Part shown: positions 54,290-62,724 of the stretch, in pieces
Layout of the letters: the number at the start of each line of letters is the position of its first letter
Position numbering within the stretch: position 1 is the first letter of the stretch
Assembly (NCBI GenBank): GCA_019118425.1
Contig: DWYZ01000158.1
Span: 2,623 to 66,622, forward strand
Length of the DNA: 64,000 nt
From: Candidatus Blautia faecavium
GTDB lineage: Bacteria; Bacillota; Clostridia; Lachnospirales; Lachnospiraceae
Reading direction: 5' to 3'
Notes under the pieces: model-generated
The model's database searches: none
Seen by the model: the letters and a program-made list of their open reading frames with translations, nothing else
What the model was told of the DNA's origin: nothing
Made by a program: the position numbers and the translations under genes

Positions 54290-56149
54290 TTATCTTTTCC
54301 TTCCCCTTCCCGGAAGCGGCTTTAAAGAATAGTTCCATTTCGTCAGGGAAAGGTTTTTATTGTAATAGGGATCTCCATTTTTTAAGATATCCAGCCAGTG
54401 ACATCTCATGTACTCAATTTCTGTCTGGAAACGGCGCAGCTTCTTCTCGCTGTCCTCTTCCCCCCTGGTCTTGGATTCCATGTGATAAAGCTGGGCGTAT
54501 GGATCATATACGATCAGATACCCCTCTTTTCGCACTTTCAGGCACAGATCCACATCATTAAAGGCCACAGCCAGCTCCTCTGTAAAACCGCCTGCCTCTT
54601 CAAAGGCTTTGCGCTTCATCATCATACAGGCGGCCGTCACGGCGCTCATATCCTGAAGAATGGAAGCTTTATGGAGGTACCCGGTCCTGTCCGCCGGCAT
54701 ATCTACAAACATATGACCGGCAATCCCTCCGATCCCGATCACGCATCCTGCATGCTGGATAGTGTTGTCCGGATAAAGAAGCTTCACGCCTACAGCGCCT
54801 ACCTCTTTTCTCTGGCAGACTCCAAGCATCTCCTCCATCCAGTCGGGAGTGATCACCGTCACATCGTTGTTCAGGAATAAGAGATATTCTCCCCTGGCCT
54901 TACTGGCTCCGTAATTGTTGATGGCAGAATAATTAAATTCCTTTTTCCAGTTAAAGATCCTTATATTTTCCTGTCCGGACAGTTCTTTATAATATTGAAA
55001 GATCTCTTTGGATGTGCTGTTATTTTCTATGATGAGGATCTCATAGTTTTTATAGGTGGTCTTCTCACGGATAGAATCAATGCATGCCCTGAGAGTGGGC
55101 TCTTCATCCTTATTGGGTATAATAACAGAAACCAGGGGGGAACCCTGTATCGGGTATTTTACCCTAAAAAATCCCAGGTCCTTCGTATGGCTTACGATCC
55201 CTTTTACCCCCATCCGGTCAAGATGGGCTTCAATGGCTCTTTTTCCCGCATCGAAAGCGTACATCTTACTTGCGGGGTTATCCGCCGTGGATGCTTTATG
55301 GGTCCTCCAATGGTATAAAATCTCCGGTATGTGGGCTATTTCTCTGGCCTGTTCCACACAGCGGAAAATAAGATCATGATCCTGTGCTCCATCAAATTCC
55401 TTCCGGAATCCTCCTGTCTTTTCCAGGATTTCCCTCCGCACGATAAAAAAATGACAGATATAGTTATTTGAACGTAGAAGATCCAAACTGAAATCCGGCT
55501 TCAGATGGGGCTGAAAATGCTCAGAAAGATCTGTGGTCACCTTATCCTCATCTGTATAGATCACATCCGCCTGGGGATTTTTGTTTACTGCCTTCACTGC
55601 CTCATAGAGAGCATTTGGCGCCAGGAGGTCGTCGTGGTCAAGCAGTCCCACGAACTCTCCCCCTGCCATGGCAAAGGCTTCGTTGGTATTGCCGGCGATA
55701 CCCAGGTTCTCTTTCAGATTTTTATAGCGTATGCGGGAATCCTCCCTGGCGCATTCCCTGAGGATTTTCTTCATTTCTTCATCCTCAGGGCTTCCGTTGG
55801 CGATACATAGTTCCCAATTTCCGTAAGTCTGGTCCTGTACGGACCTGATCATCTGGCGCAAAAATACACCCGGCGTTTTATAAGCCGGGACAGCGATGCT
55901 GATAAGAGGCGTCTTTGAAAATTTATGGTTCCTTTGTTTTTCCAGGGCTGCCTCGTCCGGCTTATAAGCCTCGTACCATGGCCCGTAGGGGACTTCTTCC
56001 GGCTCAAACCGTTCGTGGAGCCGGATCCAGAATTCCTTAGGCCCATAGTGCTTCAGATAGCGGAAGCCTTTCTGGAGTGTATATGGGGACAGCTTCTTCA
56101 CCAGTCTTCCCCACTGGATCCGTCCCCCTGGATTTTTTTCTTTTTGCAT
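54290..56149 (-). CDS. Double-domain family 2 glycosyltransferase (paralog 1)
   Basis: Two GT2 modules: ISIAVPAYKTP...HDD, and VSVIIPNKDE...LNNDV. 619 aa. It is homologous along its length to 60213-62660 and 62713-64000. Confidence 0.8.
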   Translation of the reverse strand: MQKEKNPGGRIQWGRLVKKLSPYTLQKGFRYLKHYGPKEFWIRLHERFEPEEVPYGPWYEAYKPDEAALEKQRNHKFSKTPLISIAVPAYKTPGVFLRQMIRSVQDQTYGNWELCIANGSPEDEEMKKILRECAREDSRIRYKNLKENLGIAGNTNEAFAMAGGEFVGLLDHDDLLAPNALYEAVKAVNKNPQADVIYTDEDKVTTDLSEHFQPHLKPDFSLDLLRSNNYICHFFIVRREILEKTGGFRKEFDGAQDHDLIFRCVEQAREIAHIPEILYHWRTHKASTADNPASKMYAFDAGKRAIEAHLDRMGVKGIVSHTKDLGFFRVKYPIQGSPLVSVIIPNKDEEPTLRACIDSIREKTTYKNYEILIIENNSTSKEIFQYYKELSGQENIRIFNWKKEFNYSAINNYGASKARGEYLLFLNNDVTVITPDWMEEMLGVCQRKEVGAVGVKLLYPDNTIQHAGCVIGIGGIAGHMFVDMPADRTGYLHKASILQDMSAVTAACMMMKRKAFEEAGGFTEELAVAFNDVDLCLKVRKEGYLIVYDPYAQLYHMESKTRGEEDSEKKLRRFQTEIEYMRCHWLDILKNGDPYYNKNLSLTKWNYSLKPLPGRGRKR

Positions 56150-56439
56150 TTATTTATCCTCAAATTTTACTCTAAGTTTTTCTATTGGAAATGATACCAT
56201 ACTGTTTTACAAGTCGCAAGTTCTTACTAAAGAATAAAAAAATTATGGTGAAATGGTAAAGAGGCAGGAACTCCATTTTGTTCTATTATGAAATTCTATA
56301 AGAGACATGGTTAAGAATTACAAATTTTTTTGCAAGAACCGTACGGAATGTGTTATACTACACGTATCCTTCTGACAGGAGGGAAAAGCAGCATACAATC
56401 AGATGAGTATTTTATGAAATACAGGAGATCATACATATT

Positions 56440-57690
56440 ATGAGGAAGAAAAAAATTTTAGCAGGATTATTGGCTTTTAGCCTGTCTGTTTCCATATTTT
56501 TCCAGACGGGCGTTTCCGCGGCGGAAGAAACTGCTCCTGCTGCGGAAAATACCATCGCCACAAACGATATCTCTGGATGGCCTGCAGGACCTGAGATCAC
56601 CTCCACTGCCGCCGTGGTCATGGAGGAATCCACCCAGACCATCCTATACTCTAAAAATATGGATCAGGCCCTATACCCCGCCGCAGCGGTAAAGATCATG
56701 ACCATCTTAGTCTGCCTGGAAAACAGCTCCCTTACCGATCAGGTCACCATGACAGAGACAGGCGTTTCCGGAGTCACTGACGGAGGCGCCAGCATTTCCG
56801 CCCAATTGGACGAAGTGCTGACCATGGAACAATGTCTCTATGCCATCATGCTCGTCTCCGCCAATGACGTAGCCCTTCAGGTGGCAGAGCATGTAGGCGG
56901 ATCGGTAGACGGCTTTGTGGAAATGATGAACCAAAAAGCCCAGTCCCTCGGCTGTACAAATACATTGTTTACCAACCCTACCGGCCTTCCGGATGAAGCA
57001 CAGCATATCACGGCGTACGATATGGCCCTGATCATGAAGGCGGCCATGCAGAATGAGGATTTCCGCACGATTGCTGCCGCCACCTCTTATACGATACCAG
57101 CCACCAATGTGTCCGGCGGAGAGAGAGCTCTTACCAATAACTTTTCTCTTCTCACCTCCACAAGCCCCTATTATTACCAGGGATGTCTGGGAGGAAAAGA
57201 AGGCGCCACTTCCGCAGCCGGCAGCACCTTGGTCTGCGCGGCAGAGCGTAATGATATGACACTCATCGCAGTCATTCTCCAGGGAACTGACCAGCAGACA
57301 GACAGCGAGGCGGTAACCCTTTTAGACTATGGCTTTAATAACTTCCAGAAGCTTTCTCTGGGAGAAAATGATTTTAATCTGAAGTCCGGCGGTACGGTAG
57401 TCATCCCTTCCACCGCCTCTGAGACGGATATTAAGGTGTCCGACACAGAAGGGGAAAACGGGGTAAGCCGTCAGTATCTCTATCATGGCGTCCAGGTAGG
57501 AACCGCCGTTCTCGAGGATGTAGAGGCGGAGGACACCGCCGCTGTCACCCGGGGCCAGGAAAACCTCCAGGCCGCATACGATTTTACGGCAAATAAATCC
57601 TTGATCCCTTACTATGTGATCGGAGGCGTCGGCGGAGTTCTTTTCCTTTTGCTTCTGGTACTTATGGTCAAAGTGATCCGGAAGCGTTAA
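56440..57690 (+). CDS. PBP5-like D-alanyl-D-alanine carboxypeptidase homolog lacking the catalytic serine
   Basis: Signal peptide, PBP5 N-domain and C-terminal TM anchor. Motif 1 reads YPAAAVKIMT (AxxK instead of SxxK). Motif 2 is SAND (intact SxN). Motif 3 is GKEGAT (KEG instead of KTG). Confidence 0.8.
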   Translation: MRKKKILAGLLAFSLSVSIFFQTGVSAAEETAPAAENTIATNDISGWPAGPEITSTAAVVMEESTQTILYSKNMDQALYPAAAVKIMTILVCLENSSLTDQVTMTETGVSGVTDGGASISAQLDEVLTMEQCLYAIMLVSANDVALQVAEHVGGSVDGFVEMMNQKAQSLGCTNTLFTNPTGLPDEAQHITAYDMALIMKAAMQNEDFRTIAAATSYTIPATNVSGGERALTNNFSLLTSTSPYYYQGCLGGKEGATSAAGSTLVCAAERNDMTLIAVILQGTDQQTDSEAVTLLDYGFNNFQKLSLGENDFNLKSGGTVVIPSTASETDIKVSDTEGENGVSRQYLYHGVQVGTAVLEDVEAEDTAAVTRGQENLQAAYDFTANKSLIPYYVIGGVGGVLFLLLLVLMVKVIRKR

Positions 57691-57740
57691 CCTCCGAAGC
57701 TTCATCTAGCAAAAATGATCCAACAGACTTACGGAACCAT

Positions 57741-57774
57741 AAAATTGCACCCCAAACACAATGGGGTGCAATTT
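57741..57774. terminator. Bidirectional terminator between the PBP5-like gene and the convergent GT-C-like gene
   Basis: 10-bp stem ATTGCACCCC / GGGGTGCAAT flanked by AAAA and TTT. Confidence 0.75.
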
Positions 57775-57867
57775 AGCTAATAATTTCTTTTTCTCTGCAG
57801 TATCCCTTATCGGTAGTTACAAATCCCTGAATCAATAGATTATTTTTTCTTCATTGAAAACATTTTG

Positions 57868-59298
57868 TCACATATAATGAGGCAGGATCACAAGGAAGTA
57901 GGTAAGGATCCCTCCCAGGCACCAGATAAGCCCTGCACCCCGGTAAAACCATTTGTGCAGGCTTTTCTTTTTCACAAACCGCTCCAAAAGTCTTTCATAG
58001 CCGCACACGATAAAATACATCAACGGATACACTGCGGAAATGATATATCTTCCCTGGGCCTGATTGTCATTATAATACGCGTATGTAATAAAAAGGATCA
58101 CCGGCGTGATAAGGGCCGCTGCCATGGCCAGGTGGAACAATCCTTTTTTATTCCATTTCTTGGAGGTCCGGATAGTCTTCACCTTAACTTTGGTGCTGCC
58201 CACCTGCGTCCTCTCCACTGTGACCGAACGTTTTTTCCAGTAAAACTCCCGCAGCATAAACAATACGCCCACACAGCCGATAAAAAGAAACAACAGGTAG
58301 ATTTTGCTTACCGTCTCATTCATATACAGATCAAAGGTACCGAAAACGCCGATAAAGCTTACCAGTACCGTCATCACCCAGTTATGGCGCCAGCCCGGGT
58401 TCTGATAGAGGAGAAAATCCTTGATCTTCCATCCCTGCTTGGCGGGAGTGATGTGCTGCGATGGCTTGTATCCGTCCCTGGCGTATTTTTCCGCGCAGAG
58501 AGTACTTGCCTTTCTTCCTAAGATATCTCCGTCATAGAGGAAGTAATTCCGGATAAACCACCAGCCGGCCAGGACAAAGGTTATGGCCGCGATAACAAGT
58601 CCTCTGGAAAATAAAAATTTCCACCTCTCCTTTACACTCCCTTCCCCGCAGAAAAGGACCGTAAAGCAAAAAAAGAAAAAGCTCCACAAAATCCACCCAT
58701 AAGCATTATAGTAGGATAAAAAACATACCGCCATACCCACAGCCAGAAGAATACAGTTCTTCCAGTTCCATCCTTCCCTTAGGTACCTTGCCCAGGCATA
58801 CAGGATCATCGCCGCTGCCAAAAGTGCCAGGGAATCTGTATTTACATAAGTTCCCAAAAATAGAAAGCCCGGCAGGAAAAGCACCAGACAGGAAAACAAA
58901 AAAGCCTTCTCTTTGTCAAACAACCGCTTCCCCGCCTGTATCACAAACCATGCCGCCCCTGTTATAAACAGCACGTCAGCAAGCCGCGCCGCGTGCAGGA
59001 GTACCTCCTCTGATGTGCTGAAAATCCCGGCAATCCACATAAAAACCGCGGACACCATATAAGAAAGAATGGGATAAAAAGCATAGGAAATCCCCCAGAT
59101 TTTATTCAGGATCTCCGCCTCATCCCCCCGGGGCAGGCTGCCTGGATGCTCGTAGAGATATTTTGCCACAGCATAGCGCATGGACTCATCCGGTCCTCCC
59201 GGACGGCCGGTGGTAAGGGACCAGGCAAGAACGACCGCAAACACCAGCCCCAAAAGCAGCCATTCTATGGTTCTTTCGTTTTTTAATATCTTTTTCAT
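57868..59298 (-). CDS. Polytopic membrane protein, GT-C-like (ArnT/PMT-type glycosyltransferase or polymerase candidate)
   Basis: 476 aa with 12 or more TM segments. The N-terminal loop with PDESMRY after TM1 resembles the D/E-containing first loop of GT-C enzymes. The assignment is tentative. Confidence 0.5.
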   Translation of the reverse strand: MKKILKNERTIEWLLLGLVFAVVLAWSLTTGRPGGPDESMRYAVAKYLYEHPGSLPRGDEAEILNKIWGISYAFYPILSYMVSAVFMWIAGIFSTSEEVLLHAARLADVLFITGAAWFVIQAGKRLFDKEKAFLFSCLVLFLPGFLFLGTYVNTDSLALLAAAMILYAWARYLREGWNWKNCILLAVGMAVCFLSYYNAYGWILWSFFFFCFTVLFCGEGSVKERWKFLFSRGLVIAAITFVLAGWWFIRNYFLYDGDILGRKASTLCAEKYARDGYKPSQHITPAKQGWKIKDFLLYQNPGWRHNWVMTVLVSFIGVFGTFDLYMNETVSKIYLLFLFIGCVGVLFMLREFYWKKRSVTVERTQVGSTKVKVKTIRTSKKWNKKGLFHLAMAAALITPVILFITYAYYNDNQAQGRYIISAVYPLMYFIVCGYERLLERFVKKKSLHKWFYRGAGLIWCLGGILTYFLVILPHYM

Positions 59299-59305
59299 TC
59301 CGTAT

Positions 59306-60148
59306 TTATAAAATCTCCTTCAAATACCGGGACAGGGCGTCCTCCCAGGCCGGAAGGGGCGCAAATCCCATTTCTCTTAATTTATCTTTATTCATCCTGC
59401 TGTTATGAGGCCGTTTCGCCTTAGCGGGGTATTCCTCACTGGAAACAGGGATGACCTTTACCTCTCTTCCTGCCTGGCGGAAAATCTCTTTGGCAAACTC
59501 GTACCAGGAGCACAGCCCTTCATTTGTGGCGTGATAGCGTCCGTATTTTTCCGTCTCCAGCATATCCACCAAAAGGCGGGCCAGGTCATAGGTATAGGTA
59601 GGGGATCCCACCTGGTCGTCTACTACTGTGATCGTATCGTGAGTCTCAGAAAGGCGGAGCATGGTTTTAATAAAGTTCTTTCCGTTTACTCCAAACACCC
59701 AGGCAATGCGCACGATAAAGTAAGCGTCCAGATATTTTTCCACAGCCAGCTCTCCTTCATATTTCGTCTGGCCGTATACATTTAAGGGATGTCTCTCATC
59801 GTCAGGCTCCCAGGGTCTGGTTCCTTCCCCGTCAAATACATAATCTGTACTGAGATAGATCATAGGGGCTGAAAGCTCTTTACACATCCTGGCGATGTTT
59901 TCTGTACCATAGGCATTTATCTTCCGGCAAAGCTCCACTTTATCCTCCGCGTCATCCACAGCGGTCCAGGCGGCACAATGCACTACCTTATCCGGATGTA
60001 CCTCCCTCATCACCCGCTCTACCGTTTCCCGGTCGGTAATATCCATCTCTTCCACATCCACACCGATACCTTCATAGCCTCTTTTTTCAAGCTCGTTCAT
60101 TACATCATGGCCAAGCTGGCCTTTTACTCCTGTCACCAATACTCGCAT
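59306..60148 (-). CDS. rfbD: dTDP-4-dehydrorhamnose reductase
   Basis: MRVLVTGVKGQLG Rossmann motif and catalytic YGQTK (YxxxK). ATG 60148 follows GGAGG. The track's TTG start at 60211 lies in repeat copy G. Confidence 0.9.
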   Translation of the reverse strand: MRVLVTGVKGQLGHDVMNELEKRGYEGIGVDVEEMDITDRETVERVMREVHPDKVVHCAAWTAVDDAEDKVELCRKINAYGTENIARMCKELSAPMIYLSTDYVFDGEGTRPWEPDDERHPLNVYGQTKYEGELAVEKYLDAYFIVRIAWVFGVNGKNFIKTMLRLSETHDTITVVDDQVGSPTYTYDLARLLVDMLETEKYGRYHATNEGLCSWYEFAKEIFRQAGREVKVIPVSSEEYPAKAKRPHNSRMNKDKLREMGFAPLPAWEDALSRYLKEIL

Positions 60149-60179
60149 TTTCTTTTCCTCCATCTTTTCACCCTTTTCG

Positions 60180-60215
60180 TTACTGGTCACACGTTGACCA
60201 GTAACGGGCAATTCA
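60180..60215. repeat. Intergenic repeat, module gamma, copy G
   Basis: TTACTGGTCA-cacgt-TGACCAGTAA (perfect 10-bp stem) followed by CGGGCAATTC. Confidence 0.75.
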
Positions 60216-62660
60216 TAATCGTTTCAGGGAAAAATCCTGGCTTTTTAATGTCAAATTGGGGTTGTAATAGGGATCCGGCTTTTTAAAGATATCCGGCCAG
60301 TGTCCCTCCAATGTGGCGATCTCTTTATTAAACCGCGCCATCTTTTCCGGGGTGTCCTCCAGTCCTCTGGATTTAGACTCATAGTGATACAGCTCCACGT
60401 AAGGGTTGTACACCACAAGATAGCCCGCATCCCTCACCTTCAGACAGAAATCAATATCATTAAAGGCAACGGCCAGATCCGGGCTTAAACCGCCTACCTG
60501 GTCAAATACTTTCTTTTTCACCATCATACAGGCAGCCGTCACCGCGCTGTAGTTCTGGGCGCAGATGATCCGGTGACAATACCCTGTAGTGGATCTTGGC
60601 TGCTGTACGAAGCAGTGTCCCGCGATTCCTCCAAAGCCCAGCACTACACCGGCATGCTGGATCGTATCGTCCTCAAAGTACAGCCTCGCGCCCACAATCC
60701 CCACATCCGGACGCATACAATATCCTAACAATTCTTCCATCCAATCCGAATTTATCACTTCTGTGTCATTGTTCAGAAGAAGCAGGTATTCTCCTTTAGC
60801 ATAGGAAGCGCCGAAATTGTTGATCTCCGAATAATTAAAAGGTCCCTCCCAGTATACTACCTTCACCTTAGGATTCTTTTCCTCAAGCTTTTTATAATAA
60901 GCAAAGGTCTTGTCTTCGGTGCTGTTATTTTCTATAATAATGTATTCATAGTTTTTATAAGAGGATTTCTCTTCTATGGAAGAAATACACCGTTCCAAAT
61001 CCTCTATATGATCCTTATTAGGGATCAGGATGGAGATCAGCGGGTCATAATCCCGAAGGTACCTGGTACGATAAAGCCCCAGATACTCCCCTTTATATAC
61101 CTCCGCCTTGATTCCGATCCGGTCAAAGTGCGCCTGCACCGCCCGTTTTCCGGCTTCGAAGGCATACAATTTGCTCTCCGGATTTTCTGCTGTAGAATCC
61201 TCATGGCTCCTCCAGTGATAAAGAATCTTAGGAATATGATAAATATGTTCTGCCGCCTCCACGCACCGGAAGATCAGGTCGTAGTCCTGAGCTCCGTCAA
61301 ATTCCGGCCTAAGCAGTCCCACCCGGTCTAAAAGTTCCCTCTTTGCCACGAAAAGATGACAGATATAATTCACTGTACAGAGAAGATCCAGGTTAAAGTC
61401 CGGTTTAAAATGCGGAAGGAAAAACTTATTTCCATGAATGGACATTTTATCCTCATCAGAGTATAGGACTTCAATGGACGGATCTTCATTTAACGCCTTT
61501 ACACACTCATAAAAAGCATGAGCAGTGAGCACATCGTCATGATCGCCGAAAGCAATAAACTCTCCTGTGGCAATTCCAATGGCGGCATTGGTATTTTCCG
61601 CGATCTTAAGGGGTTCCTCATGGTACACCACCTTGATTCTCTCATCCTTCGCCGCATATTTTTCTAAAACTGCCTTTATAGGAGAGTCCTTGCCGCTTCC
61701 ATCGGAAAGGCATAATTCCCAGTTTCCATAGGTCTGGGCTTTTACTGACTGGATCAGCTGGTCTAAATATTCTTCTCTTGTTTTATATAAAGGCACCACA
61801 AGACTGATCTTCGGCTCATAAGAAAACTTTGTCTTTCTCTGCTTTTCCAGTTCTGACTGGCTTGGGAGATGCTGGGGCAGCCATTTACTGTAATCCACCG
61901 GGCGGCGGGTTAGTTCCGTAAGCTTTCGCATTCCCTTTACCAAGAGGGCCTTTGCCCCATGGGCCCGGAGATAATCCATGCCCTTCTTCCGATACTTTTC
62001 TGCTTTTCCCGCAAGGATTTCTCTGGCTCCTAGCCCCACCTTATAAACAGATTTTCTTCCGTCTGCCGTACGCATGACCAAGTAAAGGAATTTTCCGGAA
62101 ATATCTGTAAGCTCAACTGCAAAGCCGCAGTCCTGCTCCACAGGATATTCCTGAAACATATCCGCCACGTCCACACGTTCCATCCGCTGCACCCTGCAGG
62201 GAATCGGCTTTTTTTCCTCATCGAAAAGCTTAATGGCAACGTGGCTGGTATCTGCCGCCCAGCCTCTGATGCTTAAAGTTGCGGCGCCACGATCCACTTT
62301 TTCCTCTTCTATATAATACTGGGGTTTTCCCTGTTTTTTTAGAAGTTCTCCCACCTTGATCTGAAACCAGGGAAGCTTTTTATCCTCCCAGACGGCGAAA
62401 GCCAAAAGCTTTTTCCTGTTTTTTAAATCCGCCGGCAGCGTGATGGCAGCCTCCACCCTCTGTCCTCCGAGGAGCTCTCCGTCTTTATAGCGTTCCACCG
62501 CGCTTTTCGCGATCTGACGCGTTGTCTCTACTTTAAGAGGCGTACCGTCCATATAGGCTTCAATGGTATATTTTTCCGGGATCACTCCACGGATCAGATA
62601 TTTCCTGGGATCGCTCAGATCAAATCTTTCTCTTTCCACTTCCAGCAACTGATGTCTCAT
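60213..62660 (-). CDS. Double-domain family 2 glycosyltransferase with about 290-aa N-terminal extension (paralog 2)
   Basis: GT2 modules ISLVVPLYKT...HDD and ISILIPNKDH...LNNDT. ATG 62660 (MRHQLLEV) follows GGAGG. The track's TTG start at 62693 lies in repeat copy B. Confidence 0.8.
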   Translation of the reverse strand: MRHQLLEVERERFDLSDPRKYLIRGVIPEKYTIEAYMDGTPLKVETTRQIAKSAVERYKDGELLGGQRVEAAITLPADLKNRKKLLAFAVWEDKKLPWFQIKVGELLKKQGKPQYYIEEEKVDRGAATLSIRGWAADTSHVAIKLFDEEKKPIPCRVQRMERVDVADMFQEYPVEQDCGFAVELTDISGKFLYLVMRTADGRKSVYKVGLGAREILAGKAEKYRKKGMDYLRAHGAKALLVKGMRKLTELTRRPVDYSKWLPQHLPSQSELEKQRKTKFSYEPKISLVVPLYKTREEYLDQLIQSVKAQTYGNWELCLSDGSGKDSPIKAVLEKYAAKDERIKVVYHEEPLKIAENTNAAIGIATGEFIAFGDHDDVLTAHAFYECVKALNEDPSIEVLYSDEDKMSIHGNKFFLPHFKPDFNLDLLCTVNYICHLFVAKRELLDRVGLLRPEFDGAQDYDLIFRCVEAAEHIYHIPKILYHWRSHEDSTAENPESKLYAFEAGKRAVQAHFDRIGIKAEVYKGEYLGLYRTRYLRDYDPLISILIPNKDHIEDLERCISSIEEKSSYKNYEYIIIENNSTEDKTFAYYKKLEEKNPKVKVVYWEGPFNYSEINNFGASYAKGEYLLLLNNDTEVINSDWMEELLGYCMRPDVGIVGARLYFEDDTIQHAGVVLGFGGIAGHCFVQQPRSTTGYCHRIICAQNYSAVTAACMMVKKKVFDQVGGLSPDLAVAFNDIDFCLKVRDAGYLVVYNPYVELYHYESKSRGLEDTPEKMARFNKEIATLEGHWPDIFKKPDPYYNPNLTLKSQDFSLKRL

Positions 62661-62672
62661 GGTTTCCTCCTT

Positions 62673-62724
62673 CTGATGCACTTGCTGCGTCAATAATGGT
62701 AGATTTGGAAATTTATTTCCAAAC
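62673..62724. repeat. Intergenic repeat, module alpha, copy B
   Basis: CTGATGCACTTGCTGCGTCAATAATGGTAGATTTGGAAATTTATTTCCAAAC. It is 49/52 identical to 7701-7752 and overlaps the last 4 codons of the upstream GT2 gene. Confidence 0.9.
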
